NCBI RefSeq assembly: GCF_006345805.1
Contig: NC_042998.1
Coordinates: 202,864,001 to 202,928,000 of the forward strand
Length of the DNA: 64,000 bases
From: Octopus sinensis
Lineage: Eukaryota
Direction of reading: 5' to 3'
Shown here piece after piece: positions 25,817 through 37,445 of the stretch. A program made the translations under genes and the position numbers. Under the pieces are notes generated by a model, which made no database searches, was not told the DNA's origin, and saw only the letters and a list, made by a program, of their open reading frames with translations. How positions within the stretch are numbered: position 1 is the stretch's first letter; each line of letters opens with the position of its first letter.

Positions 25817-26689
25817 TAGAGACAATGAATGATTTTCAGTCTTCCTCTTTGCATAATATTTTGTTATCGCCCTCGATTTATGAATAACGTGATAACGTGT
25901 TCCGTGCAATTTAGCATTTATATTAATAATACACTGGAAAAGAATTAATGAAAAGTAAAATCTGATAACTGGAGAGAAAATATTTGATGAAAACTTATAA
26001 ATTTCGCAGTAGTTTTCGAATTGTATAGAAAAGAACCCAGGTTGATACACAAGACTTGAGAATAAGAAGAAATGCAATTTTCAGTGAGATGGTCATGAGC
26101 GTAATTATGGGAAAAGAATTTCATTTCGTTCTTTCTGTGGTTGTTACATGTTTGCTCACCTATGTATTTTGCTATGTTCATTATACTTCGCCAAGTCTCT
26201 ATACAAACTTTCTATTCATAGCCATCAAATATTTTTATCTATTTTTATTTATTTTTTTAAATTTTATCTATGCTAGTCGAATATTAATATATTTATTTAA
26301 TTAATATAGATACCAATTTGTCTGGAACGCGTTGTTCCAAAGATGACACGAAATGTCGAAAGAGCTTGTCTGCAAATATAGAAGGATTGAGTGCGGAATC
26401 TAAAATTAAATTAAATATTTAAAATTAATTACCGAAACTTTTTTTGTTTCTTTTTTTATTTATTTATTTATTTTTTCTCTCAAATAATTTCTCATTGCAA
26501 AGAAACAAAGGCCAGCCAATAGGAAACGTTCTTATAGTGTGATGATGATTTCAGACATACAAATATATGAAGTTCTTCACTAAATGCCGATCGATGGCTA
26601 AGAGTGGTCAGTCCTCAAAGTGAATGGTTGGAAAAAGTAAACACACATACGCATGCGCGCGCTATACAAAATGACCGAAATGATATATA

Positions 26690-27140
26690 CATATAGCAAA
26701 TGATAGCAGTCGAAAATTAAATATAAGAGAAACTTTATTGCTCACAACGATCGTTACGACCCATTTTGCATCGATCCCTCGCGGGTAGTCGTGGTGTATC
26801 GCGCGGTGTAGAAGTGTCTCCTCAGATGATTTTCCAAGGAGTATCTCGTTAAATAAGCCCTCTTTCGTTTGGCTCTTATATAGCATGCCATTCCTGCCCA
26901 ACGGCTTAAACCTACGGTCACTAACAACATGCTGTATTAGAACCGAGCAAAATAGGATGTATTTAACAAGATACTCCGTGTAAAAATCACATGACGAAAA
27001 ACTTTTGTACCGAGAGATGCATCACAACCAGTTGCACAGTACCCCACCTATGAGGGATCGAGGCACGATGGGTCGAAACGATCGTTGTGAGCAATAAAGT
27101 TTCTCGTATATCCCATTTTCAGTCTCTGTCATTTGCTATA
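26690..27140. mobile_element. Inverted-repeat element with a decayed hammerhead
   Basis: Arms about 26690-26780 / 27052-27140; minus strand 26742-26829: tcat CTGAGGA gacac..gggtc GTAA cgatcg TT gtga; the right arm retains GAAACGATCGTTgtga. Confidence 0.6.
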
Positions 27141-27221
27141 TATTCGACGAACGCTGAGGAATTCCAGAGATAGATCCAGCGACAATTATGTAAATACCGT
27201 GGATGACGTCAGATAGCCATA

Positions 27222-28450
27222 CGAGGGGCGTTCAATAAGTAATGCCCCGGATCCACTTGCATTTGTTTGATCTAGCTGAAATTTTGCATGTTCAATTATT
27301 TATATCTCTATAGAACAAGTGGCAAATAACAGCTCTGAACCAATCGTGGTTTCTGATTTACAGGTGTTTGAACTGAGCCAAGTATGAGCCTGTTGAGTGC
27401 CGAGCAGTGATCCGGTTTTTGTATTTGAAAGGACGCACACCACGGGAGACTTTTGATGAAATGAAAGTAACTTATGGTGATGATGCCCCATCATATGACC
27501 TTGTAAAACGCTGGCCTCGTGAATTCAAACATGGTCGGAACTCTGTGGAAACAGCTCCCAGATCTGGTCGCCCTCATTCTACCATTGATGAGGCATCTGT
27601 CCATCAAGTTGAGGCTGCCATTTTGGAAGATCAACGCATAACTATTCGCCAAATAGCCCATGAGGTCAAGATTAGTACTGGGTCTGTGGAAACTATCATT
27701 CATGACCATTTGCATATGCAAAAGGTGTCTGCCAGATGGATTCCCAGGCTGCTCACACCTTTCCAGAAGCAAGAATGTGTCGAGTGCTCGAGGATGAATT
27801 TGGAGATGTGCCAAGAAGATGAATCAAAATTTTTCAAAAGACTGATTACACAGCATGAAACCTGGGTCCATCACTATGCTCCAGAGACCAAAGCCAAGTC
27901 AATGCAGTGGGAACATCCTGACTCACCTCCTCCAAAGAAGGCAAGGGTGCAGCCCTCCGCTGGCAAGGTCATGCTCACAGTCTTCTGAGACCAGGACGGA
28001 GTAGTGATGACAGATTTCCTGGCAAAGGGTACCACAATTACAGGAGCCTATTATGCTTCAATTTTGAGGAAATTAAGAGAAGCTATCAAAATCAAGAGGC
28101 GGGGCAAGATCAGCAAAGGCATCTTCCTCCTGCATGACAACACTCCGGTCCACAAGTCGTGTGTCACCAGATCAGAAGCACAGGCGTGCGGCTATGATTT
28201 TCACCTTCCCAGCCATGAAGTTGTTTTTGAAAGGAAAGCGTTTCCCAGATGATGCAGCCTTGATTTCTGAAGTCACGTCGTGGTTGGAGGACCAAGCTGG
28301 AGTCTTCTACAAAAACGGTCTCCAGAGCAGCATCAAACGATGGAAGAAATGCGTAACTCTGGGTGATTCCTATGTAGAAAAAGACTAATAACTGTGCCAA
28401 GTTTCGTTGCTCTACTGCTGTGGAAAGTGGGTCTTATTGAACGCTCCTCG
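27222..28450 (+). mobile_element. Mariner (irritans/Himar-like), near full length
   Basis: TIRs cgaggggcgttcaataag / cttattgaacgctcctcg, each flanked by TA. Confidence 0.93.
27384..28388 (+). pseudogene. Mariner transposase, disrupted
   Basis: HTH region RAVIRFLYLKG..RSGRP, WIPRLLT, ITQHETW (catalytic D replaced by H), stop in VF*DQDG, LLHDNTPVH, missing YSPDL segment, frameshift. Confidence 0.9.
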
Positions 28451-28742
28451 TAAGTGTCGACATGCTTCACCGGTTAACTACTAGGTAAATATCCAATATT
28501 TAAATAAAATTACTTATATATATACATACATACATACACACATACACACATATACATACATATATATACACATAAAGTAAATAAACATCTTTTAAAATTG
28601 CATTTTCAAACCTTCTTTCGTATATGTATATATATTTATATATATATATACAAGAGAGCAAAGTGTACGTATACGCTATATTATATATAAAAAAGACAAA
28701 AATGGGACAAGAACACAAAACATCCAGACAGGTGATACATAT

Positions 28743-28801
<59 letters not shown>

Positions 28802-28808
28802 TACATAT

Positions 28809-28873
<65 letters not shown>

Positions 28874-28879
28874 TACCGA

Positions 28880-29410
28880 AGTAGACAGTAAACACATAAA
28901 TGTGAAACAAGGTGGATAAAAGAGTACTCAAATACCAGTGGTAGAGTAATATGCTTTATTTTAAGCAGCAGAAAATTAAACAAAATCTGTTACTCTGAGA
29001 TTCTCGTTGCCGTTCATCAGACAGTTTTTGTTAGAATGGAACCGATATATCAATTCAATCTAGACTTACAACGCTACACCTTTAAAAAGAAAGACTTGTT
29101 TGATTGGCCCCTTAGAAAAAAAACCGTCAATCTTCGAGCGATAAACAAAAAGGTCAAAAATATATGTATATATATATAAAAAAGCTTATAAAAATTATAA
29201 AATCCGAGGAAAAAACCTTACATTGAATAAAATACATATTGACATTAATGAAGAAAGTATAAATTAAGTATAAATTTTAAAGGTGTAGCGTTTGTAAGAG
29301 TCTAGATTGAATTGATATATCGGTTCCATTCTAACAAAAACTGTCTGATGAACGGCAACGAGAACTCAGAGTAACAGATTTTGTTGAATTTTCTGCTGCT
29401 TAAAATAAAG
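28880..29410. mobile_element. Head-to-head HHR element within (TA)n
   Basis: Arms 28954-29086 / 29276-29410; HHR copies at 28987-29024 (-) and 29341-29377 (+): ctgt CTGATGA a cg gcaa cg a GAA[T/-] ctc a gag TA acag. Confidence 0.8.
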
Positions 29411-29421
29411 TATATATATAT

Positions 29422-29471
<50 letters not shown>

Positions 29472-29481
29472 TATATATCTA

Positions 29482-29519
<38 letters not shown>

Positions 29520-29804
29520 GTATTATATTTATATTATATATACATATTCATACATATCGTCCGTCTCTATATATACATACATATATAAATAAAAATAATT
29601 AGAAGAATCAGTTTTTAGACGGAGTCCAATAAATGTCATCAAATACATGGAACAGTTTGTGATACTAATATGGATTATTTATTTAATTTAACCAGATACG
29701 TTATCATATTATATCAATTGGAACTCATCAGTGGATATTAATTAAATATTTAAATATTTAAAGTTTGTGCCTTTAGTTTTATTCTTTGTAATCATATTAA
29801 AATA

Positions 29805-30138
29805 ATTTCGTTTCCTAACTAATTTATATGTTATTCCTTTCACACGCCAATTCAAATTCAGTACTGAATTTTACAAGCGTAACTTTGTTAGTATTCAGTT
29901 ACTTTCGCTCCTATGATTATCTACTAATTACTCCCTCCCTGTATATCTACGTCAACATCGCCACGATTCTCCATTGATGGCGATGTTTACCTACACATAT
30001 AAGCAAGGAGTTCTGAGTGGATAATCATACGAACGAATGGAAGTGAATACTAACAAAATTACGCTTGTAAATTTCAGTTCTGAATTTGAATTGGTGAGTG
30101 AAAGGAATGAAATAAAAATTAGTTACAAAACGAAATTA
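29805..30138. mobile_element. Old fold-back MITE
   Basis: About 155-bp imperfect arms around aacatcgcca..tggcgatgtt; outer pairing gccaattcaaattcag / ctgaatttgaattggt. Confidence 0.7.
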
Positions 30139-30239
30139 ATGGCGGTGCCCCAGCATGGCCACAGCTCGTGAGCTGAAACTAGATGAAATAAAAATAAAAT
30201 AAATAAAATAATGTTTTAATAAGAATTTTCATCCGCAAA

Positions 30240-30322
30240 TATATATATACATGAATGCACATATATATATATACATATATACATATATTTACATATACAT
30301 ACATATACGTGCATATACATAC

Positions 30323-30359
<37 letters not shown>

Positions 30360-31085
30360 ATAGTACATTACTACATGTACATATACATATATATGTATAC
30401 ATACATATATACATATACATACATGCACATATTTATACATATATATACATTTATATACATATACAGACATATATACCATATATATATATATATATATATA
30501 TAGATATACATATATATATACATATACATATACATACATACAGATATATGCATACATATATATATACATATACATACATACACATATATACATGTATACA
30601 TATACATACATGCACATATATATACATATACATACAAACACATATATACATATATATACATGCATGTATATATACAAATACATCATATATATACATACAT
30701 ACACATACATATGTATCCATACATAATATATATATATATATATACATCCATATATACATACAAATATTTATATACATATATATGCATACATAGACATGCA
30801 TACATATACATGCACACATATACATACATATATATGTGTATATATTATTATTATATATATATATATATATATACATATAAATACATACATATATATGCAT
30901 ATAAATACATACATATACATATAAGTAAATACATATACATACATACGTATATATACGTACATATACACAAATATATTTGTACATACATGTATATACATAT
31001 GTATGCATACATATATATATATATATTCATACATACATACATACATACATAATACTTACATACATACATACATGCATACATACAT
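30240..31085. repeat. Degenerate (TA)/(TACA) microsatellite
   Basis: Low-complexity tract. Confidence 0.9.
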
Positions 31086-31389
31086 ACCAGGTCATTCGTG
31101 AGGAATTATCAATCCGCGAATAGTACTTTATAAGTTCTGTGTTATTACACCATGTTAACAACATAGTTTAGATTTTTAGATTAGTAAGGAACTCCACGTT
31201 TTCTTGTAGCATGGTCCTATTCTATATAGTAAATTCATGGTTGTGCGCCAGTTATTCTGATTTTTACGCAAAGTGATATACAAGACGAGTCATAAATAAT
31301 GGTCCTTACATATTTTTATTTTACTTCAATAAAAAAAAATATGTAATGATCATTATTTATGCTTTTTCTTGTATATACGTGTATGCATG

Positions 31390-31808
31390 TATCTTTTATC
31401 TTTTACTGGTTTCAGACTGCGGTCGTGCTGGAAATGACCAGGAAGAGTTTTTTAGTCGAATGAATCAACCCCTAATACTTATTCTTTGAAAGCCTGGTAT
31501 TTATTCTATCGGTCTCACTAACATATAGTCGCTAACATATAGGGACGTAAACACATCAACGTCGGTAGTCAAGGGATTGTGGGGGAAAAAACACAGACAC
31601 AAAGGCACACACTCACACACATACATATATTTACTTATACAACGGGCCTCTTTCAGTTTCCGTCAACTAAATCTACTCACAAGACTTTGGTCGCTCCGAG
31701 ACTATAGTAGAAGATCCCACGCTCAAGATGCTACGCAGTTAGACTGAACCTGGAACCATGCGGTTGGCAAGCAGGCTTCTTACCACTACACAGTCACACC
31801 TGCGCCTA
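31390..31808 (-). mobile_element. Older diverged SINE family A copy
   Basis: Recognisable head (..cagtcacacctgcgccta) and tail with many substitutions. Confidence 0.75.
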
Positions 31809-31822
31809 GATATATACATAGG

Positions 31823-31938
<116 letters not shown>

Positions 31939-32086
31939 CATACGTACATGTGCGTGTGTGTGTCTGTATATATATATATATATATAATATTAATTAGAGA
32001 CAAAACCACTATTATGCAAATCAAACAAAGAAAGACTTAATCCAATACATAAAAAAAATTATATAAATTAAATAAAATTAAGTTAT

Positions 32087-32131
32087 CCACTACAATTGTT
32101 TCTTGTCACTTCTAGGACATTCATCAGGTGG
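32087..32131 (-). ncRNA. Minimal type-I hammerhead ribozyme, intact core
   Basis: Minus strand: ccac CTGATGA a tgtc ctagaagt gaca a GAAA CAATTG TA gtgg; palindrome ACAATTGT, GUA triplet. Confidence 0.88.
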
Positions 32132-32207
32132 TTTCAAGACCTTCTATTCAATTTTAAATTATGATGTAATTACTTCATAATTTAAAATTGAATAGAAGGT
32201 CTTGAAA

Positions 32208-32252
32208 CCACCTGATGAATGTCCTTAGAAGTGACAAGAACAATTGTAGTGG
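32208..32252 (+). ncRNA. Mirror hammerhead copy with one core A missing
   Basis: ccac CTGATGA atgtccttagaagtgacaa GAA CAATTG TA gtgg; the missing A may be a consensus indel. Confidence 0.7.
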
Positions 32253-32432
32253 ATAACTTAATTTATTTAATTTATATAAATTTTTTGATGTTGGATTAAG
32301 TCTTTCTTGTTTGATTTGCATAATAGTGGTTTTGTCTCTAATTAATATTATATAATATTTACTATAAAATTGGATTCAATCCTAAATCTGATTTTTCCCT
32401 GTAAATTTGGATTTATTCCCTAAATTTATTAT

Positions 32433-32479
<47 letters not shown>

Positions 32480-32482
<3 letters not shown>

Positions 32483-33497
32483 GTGTTGGACAAAATAATG
32501 GAAACGCCTAAGAATTTCAAACAAATTTATTTTAATATGGGGTAGGACCTCCTTTGGCAGTAATTACAGTTGGAATTCTACGAGTAATGCACTCGTACAA
32601 AATTTGAATTGTTCCCAAAGGAATTTTTGTCCATTCTTCAGCTAAAACAGTCTCCAGTTCTTGTAGTGATGATGGTGGAGGATATCGACTCCTTACTTGC
32701 TTTTCTAAAATGCACCATAAATGTTCAATAATATTGAGATCTGAAGACTGTAGTGGCCAGATAAGATGTTCAACTTCACTAGAATGTTCCTCGTGCATTC
32801 AATAACAACTTTAGCAGTGTGAATTGGTGCATTATCATCCTGAAAGATTCCGTTTCCCTCCGAAAACCGTTCCACAATCAAAGGTTGAACTTGATCAGAT
32901 AGAATGCTTAAATAGTTTGACTATTAATTCTGCCATGAAGGGAAACCGGCGGATTTCCAAGATATAGCCCCCCAGATCATCACAGATCCTCCTCCATGTC
33001 TAACAGTTGGAAGAAGGCAGTCTGAGTCAAATGCTACTTTTGGCTGTCTCCACACGTATACTCGGCCGGTGGTCGGAAATAAGATAAAGGATGACTCATC
33101 CAAGAATATAACATCCTTCCACTGCTGTAGGGACCAATTCTGTAGGTTTTTACTCCACTCTAAACGCTTTGCAACGTTTGTTTTCGAAAGTAGTGGTTTT
33201 CTGATTGCAGCCCTTCCGTGAAATTCGGCTTTGTGCAGCTCCCAGCGAACAGTTTTTGCGGAAACTGGGTTCTCGAGGTGGTTATTAAGCTCTGCAGTAA
33301 TTTTTGGAGCTGTACTCCGGTAGATCAGTCATTTTAATTACCTTTAATTACCTGAAAAGAAACAGCAATTTTAGCAAAACATATTAAGCAACATTAATAA
33401 GTCAAAAACATAAAAATAAACAAGCTTTTGACGGTTTTATAGATATTTCAAAATTATGATGCTATGATGCTAGGTGCTCCATTATCTTTCCAACCTC
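32480..33497 (-). mobile_element. Tc1-like (DD34E) transposon remnant
   Basis: TA|caggtgttggacaaaataatggaaac TIR and a degenerate partner at about 33475-33497; VWRQPK..HGGGSVMIWG, QDDNAPIH, WPLQSSDLNIIEHLW..KGGPTPY*. Confidence 0.85.
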
Positions 33498-33502
33498 TCT
33501 CT

Positions 33503-33557
<55 letters not shown>

Positions 33558-33572
33558 TATTATATATATATA

Positions 33573-33627
<55 letters not shown>

Positions 33628-34299
33628 GTACTGTTCCGTGATGATAAGATCAACAAAAAGTACTCATCTGGTGAGAGATAAATATTATTTAATAAACATA
33701 TGTTTTTTATGTACTACTATTAGTTTCATGTGCGGAGAGCATGCCAGACCGTATTTTTTACCACGTCTGTGTCCTAGGACAATCATCAAGCACTGCCCAC
33801 ATGGTATAACGAATTAAAAAATAGGATGAGAGAAGAAGCGACCAAAAGGTGAGAAAGAAGTAGATATAAAAAGTGGAAGGTTGTAGAACCGGAGAACGAA
33901 AAAGAAGTCAGAAAGAAGCAAAAAGAGAGAATTACAGGTATTTCTCCTTTGACCGTAAAATATAAGGCTGAAAAGATAATGGCTTAGAAACTGTGGTACA
34001 GTTGTTCAATCCCGAGTGAGTGGCACTTTTTAATTCGTCAACAGAAACTTAGTCATATGCTTACAACCGCTGAAAATTTAGGATCTAGGATTCAGCAGTG
34101 TGTTAGAGTTCTTCGATCAGAAAAGGATCTGAGTTCTTTCAGCTACGCATAGGTTAAACTTTAAATCTCTAACACACACACACACACAAAAATAATATAT
34201 ATATAATATATATATATATAGATATATATATATATATATAATATATATATATATAATATATATATATATTATATATTTATATTATATCTATATATATAT

Positions 34300-34347
<48 letters not shown>

Positions 34348-34403
34348 TATATATATAATTAAAATAACCAGCAGTTTGCAATGTTTCACTAAAAATTAGA
34401 ATG

Positions 34404-34685
34404 ACAAGCGTCACTAGGGTATTAGGGAACACCTACATTGCTAGAAATAAGTGCTAAACCGCTCTAACGCTGTAGTTAACGCACATGAATGAAAGCATAT
34501 ATACTAACAGGGACCATAATCATCCGAAAAGTGCCGATCGAAAAAATTCTCGATCGGTACTTTTCGGACGATTATGGTCCCTGTTAGTGTATATATTTTC
34601 ATTCATGTGCATTGGAGCGGCTTAGTTTTTATTTCTAGTAATGTAGGTGTTTCCTAACACCCTACTAACATTTAGTGACACTTGT
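34404..34685. mobile_element. Fold-back MITE-like element between TA arrays
   Basis: About 137-bp arms centred on cgatcga-aaaaattc-tcgatcg; no HHR core found. Confidence 0.7.
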
Positions 34686-34689
34686 ATAC

Positions 34690-34727
<38 letters not shown>

Positions 34728-34734
<7 letters not shown>

Positions 34735-35553
34735 TTTGAGGGAATATTATTCCTAACTTACAGGGAAAAATTCAATTAGAAATACTAAATCAAATTTCAC
34801 AAAATATAATATATATTAAAAAAATTAGAAAAAACACATTTTATCAATTCAAAATGAACAATTAAATTACACCATCTAGAAAATTACATATAATACAAAT
34901 ATTAAATATAAGATGAAAAATAATATAGCGATGATTAAGTAATGTGCAAAATAATATGCAAAATAATAAATAAAATGTATATATTTGGTAGAATATATAC
35001 GTTTATTGTTATTGAAATATTATCATTCATATATATATTGATAGTTATAAGTTATGATAGTTATTAATTATGATATCTATTTATTTAGAATGATTTATTA
35101 TTATTTTTATAAAGGGATCTAACGTATTACATATAATTTAATTTTAGAATTAATTTTGTTAGACAATACATTATTTAATAATTAGGTGGTATATTTATCA
35201 AGTAGTAGTATATTTAAGTAAATTAGGTTTTATATTAATTGATATTTTGGTCAACTATATTATTGAGTGATATATTAAATCTATAGATACTACACATATA
35301 TTAATTATATAGTTAGTTTATTTAATGGGTGTGTCTATATTTGAAACATTTCTTATTTTGATTCCAGTATTTATGGCTTGTACTAGCATTGTGTATATTA
35401 ATTAATTTTAAGGTCTTAGTATTAATTGCTTAATGGGTATTAGACTGTATTTCGATGTTTATTAAATAAATATATTGATTAATAATCTGATTTAATGTAT
35501 ATAGTTTAAAGTGTTGTATTTAGTTTTCACTTAATGTATATTTTGTATCTGAT

Positions 35554-35612
<59 letters not shown>

Positions 35613-35960
35613 TTTAAAGAATATATTTATATTTTAAAAGATTATTTGCGTATGTTTATTGATTAATTATTTTATTATTGTAGTTATTTTTAACCTGATG
35701 AGTGGCTATATTTATATTGAAGAGATTTTACCACTACTACTAATATTTTTACTATAATCATTTCTTAAATATAGCCACGAAACACGTGTCGTTATTCTAC
35801 CAAATATATACGTTTAATTTATTATTTTGCACATTACTTAATCATCGGTATATTATTTTTAGTCTTATATTTAATATTTCTATTATATGTAATTTTCTAG
35901 ATGGTGTAATTTAATTGTTCATTTTGAATTGATAAAAGGTGTTTTTTCTAATTTATATAT
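34728..35960 (+). mobile_element. AT-rich non-autonomous HHR element with inverted 5' copy of its 3' end
   Basis: 34728-34992 is the reverse complement of the sequence 3' of the HHR (35794 onward, and 57670-57925 in the sister copy). Confidence 0.8.
35691..35794 (+). ncRNA. Type-I hammerhead ribozyme, intact, long stem II
   Basis: taac CTGATGA gtggctatattta..taaatatagccac GAAA CACGTG TC gtta: 13-bp stem II, palindrome ACACGTGT, GUC triplet, predicted cut after 35790. Confidence 0.92.
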
Positions 35961-37059
35961 ATAAAATGACTGCCGTGCGAAAATTTAGACTGTTGAGTCA
36001 CTTATATAACTTAAAGGCTAATAAATAATTTTATGAATATGTGAAGTGGGGTGTCCAGTTGTCTAAATATACCACTCTCGCTATCATTCTACAGAACTAT
36101 TTAATCATATTCTATATCAATCTGTCTAAAAGTCAATCAATTTGATGTTTGCCTGTCTTTTGTCTAGCTATAATTTCCAATTTAATAACTATGTTCAACG
36201 TTCGCCCGGTTTTATAACTCATGAAAGAAAACTAAAAAATAAAAGTTCAAAAATCTTTCTCCCCGTGGTTTTACTTCTATAAATTTCACTGCGATTCATA
36301 GAGGAATTTATTAAAATCAAACTCTATGAGAACATGCAGTCGACAAAGACAAGTGAGAAAGCAAAATTATTTAAGTATTCACAAGCTAATGGCTGAAACA
36401 AAAAGTTACAAAGTTTTTATTATCGATTTTATATTTTAAATACAAGTCGTTTGACATTTTAATATATTCTTTCATATCATTTTTCTTCCATCGTAATTAT
36501 TAACGTTTCAGAAATTTTGATGTCTGTGGACCGCCTCTCGGTTATATTATTTTTTTTTTTTTATTTCAGTATATTTAATTTTAAATATTACATTTTAAAT
36601 ATCAAATAGTTTTATATACATGTATTTTTTTTTCTTTTCGTATTTTTAATGCTTTTGGGTAGCACTCGTATATGAAGCTTTGAGGGCGGGAAGTTGGCAA
36701 GAAATAGAAAAAAAGATCGGTAATGTGTGTGATTAAATGTCTTACAGTATTTTATTTCGTTTCATAGAGTTCTGAGTAGAAATCTCACCGGATGTGACTT
36801 TAATGAGGAAAGAAGCATTACCCTTATGATATCTAATTATTTTCAGATTGAAGACACGATTAAGAGGTTAACAGAAAATTAGACTTTGTTAAAAGTACCA
36901 GTGACCAACTGGTGGTACTAAACCAAAGGATGGACGCAGTGGCATGTTCAGTTCATCGGACTGACTTCCATACTGTTTTCTCTTCTTCTCTCTCACGTGA
37001 CCGAAACTATAATGAAGGGTACTTGCTCAATGCTAAGTTAAGTTAATTTAATTTTTTGG

Positions 37060-37445
37060 TTCAAAAAGCAAGAAGCAAGGCCATGTAGGGGGACATGGAG
37101 TTATGTACAGGGAGGGTGTTCATGCAAAGAGTTCAGGCCATTTCTGGTCAAGAGAGACTTTGAACCGAGCAGCATCTTCTCTATCTTGTCCGGCAGCTTA
37201 TTCCACAGATCCGCAACCCGGACGGAGAATGCCCCTCTCCTTCGATTGAGATGAAATTGTCGCAGATAGAGCTTTTCAGAGTGACCCCGCAGCCGACGCT
37301 CTGGAGCAGGAGTGAAGAACAGCTCTTTCGAGAGGTTACACTTTCCGCTTATGATGTTGTGAGCAAGAATGAGATCACCACGGCGTCGTCGTTTTTCTAG
37401 AGAATAAAGGTCGAGCGTCGAAGTGAACGTCTTAACTACTTGGAC
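37060..37445 (-). pseudogene. CR1 LINE 3' end
   Basis: LDLYSLEKRRRRGDLILAHNII..RLRGHSEKL..RRGAFSVRVADLWNKLP. Confidence 0.88.

Larger units (their letters stand above)
31981..32438. mobile_element. Near-perfect palindromic (about 370 bp) HHR element within (TA)n
   Basis: Arms about 31981-32165 / 32175-32354, centre attatgatgtaattacttcataat; unique 3' extension to 32438. Confidence 0.85.

Noticed and set aside
36847-37050. Plus-strand exon-like coiled-coil peptide IEDTIKRLTE[K]LDFVKSTSDQLVVLNQRMD
   Set aside because: Needs an assumed 1-nt insertion to stay in frame, has no convincing donor site and no recognised homology.
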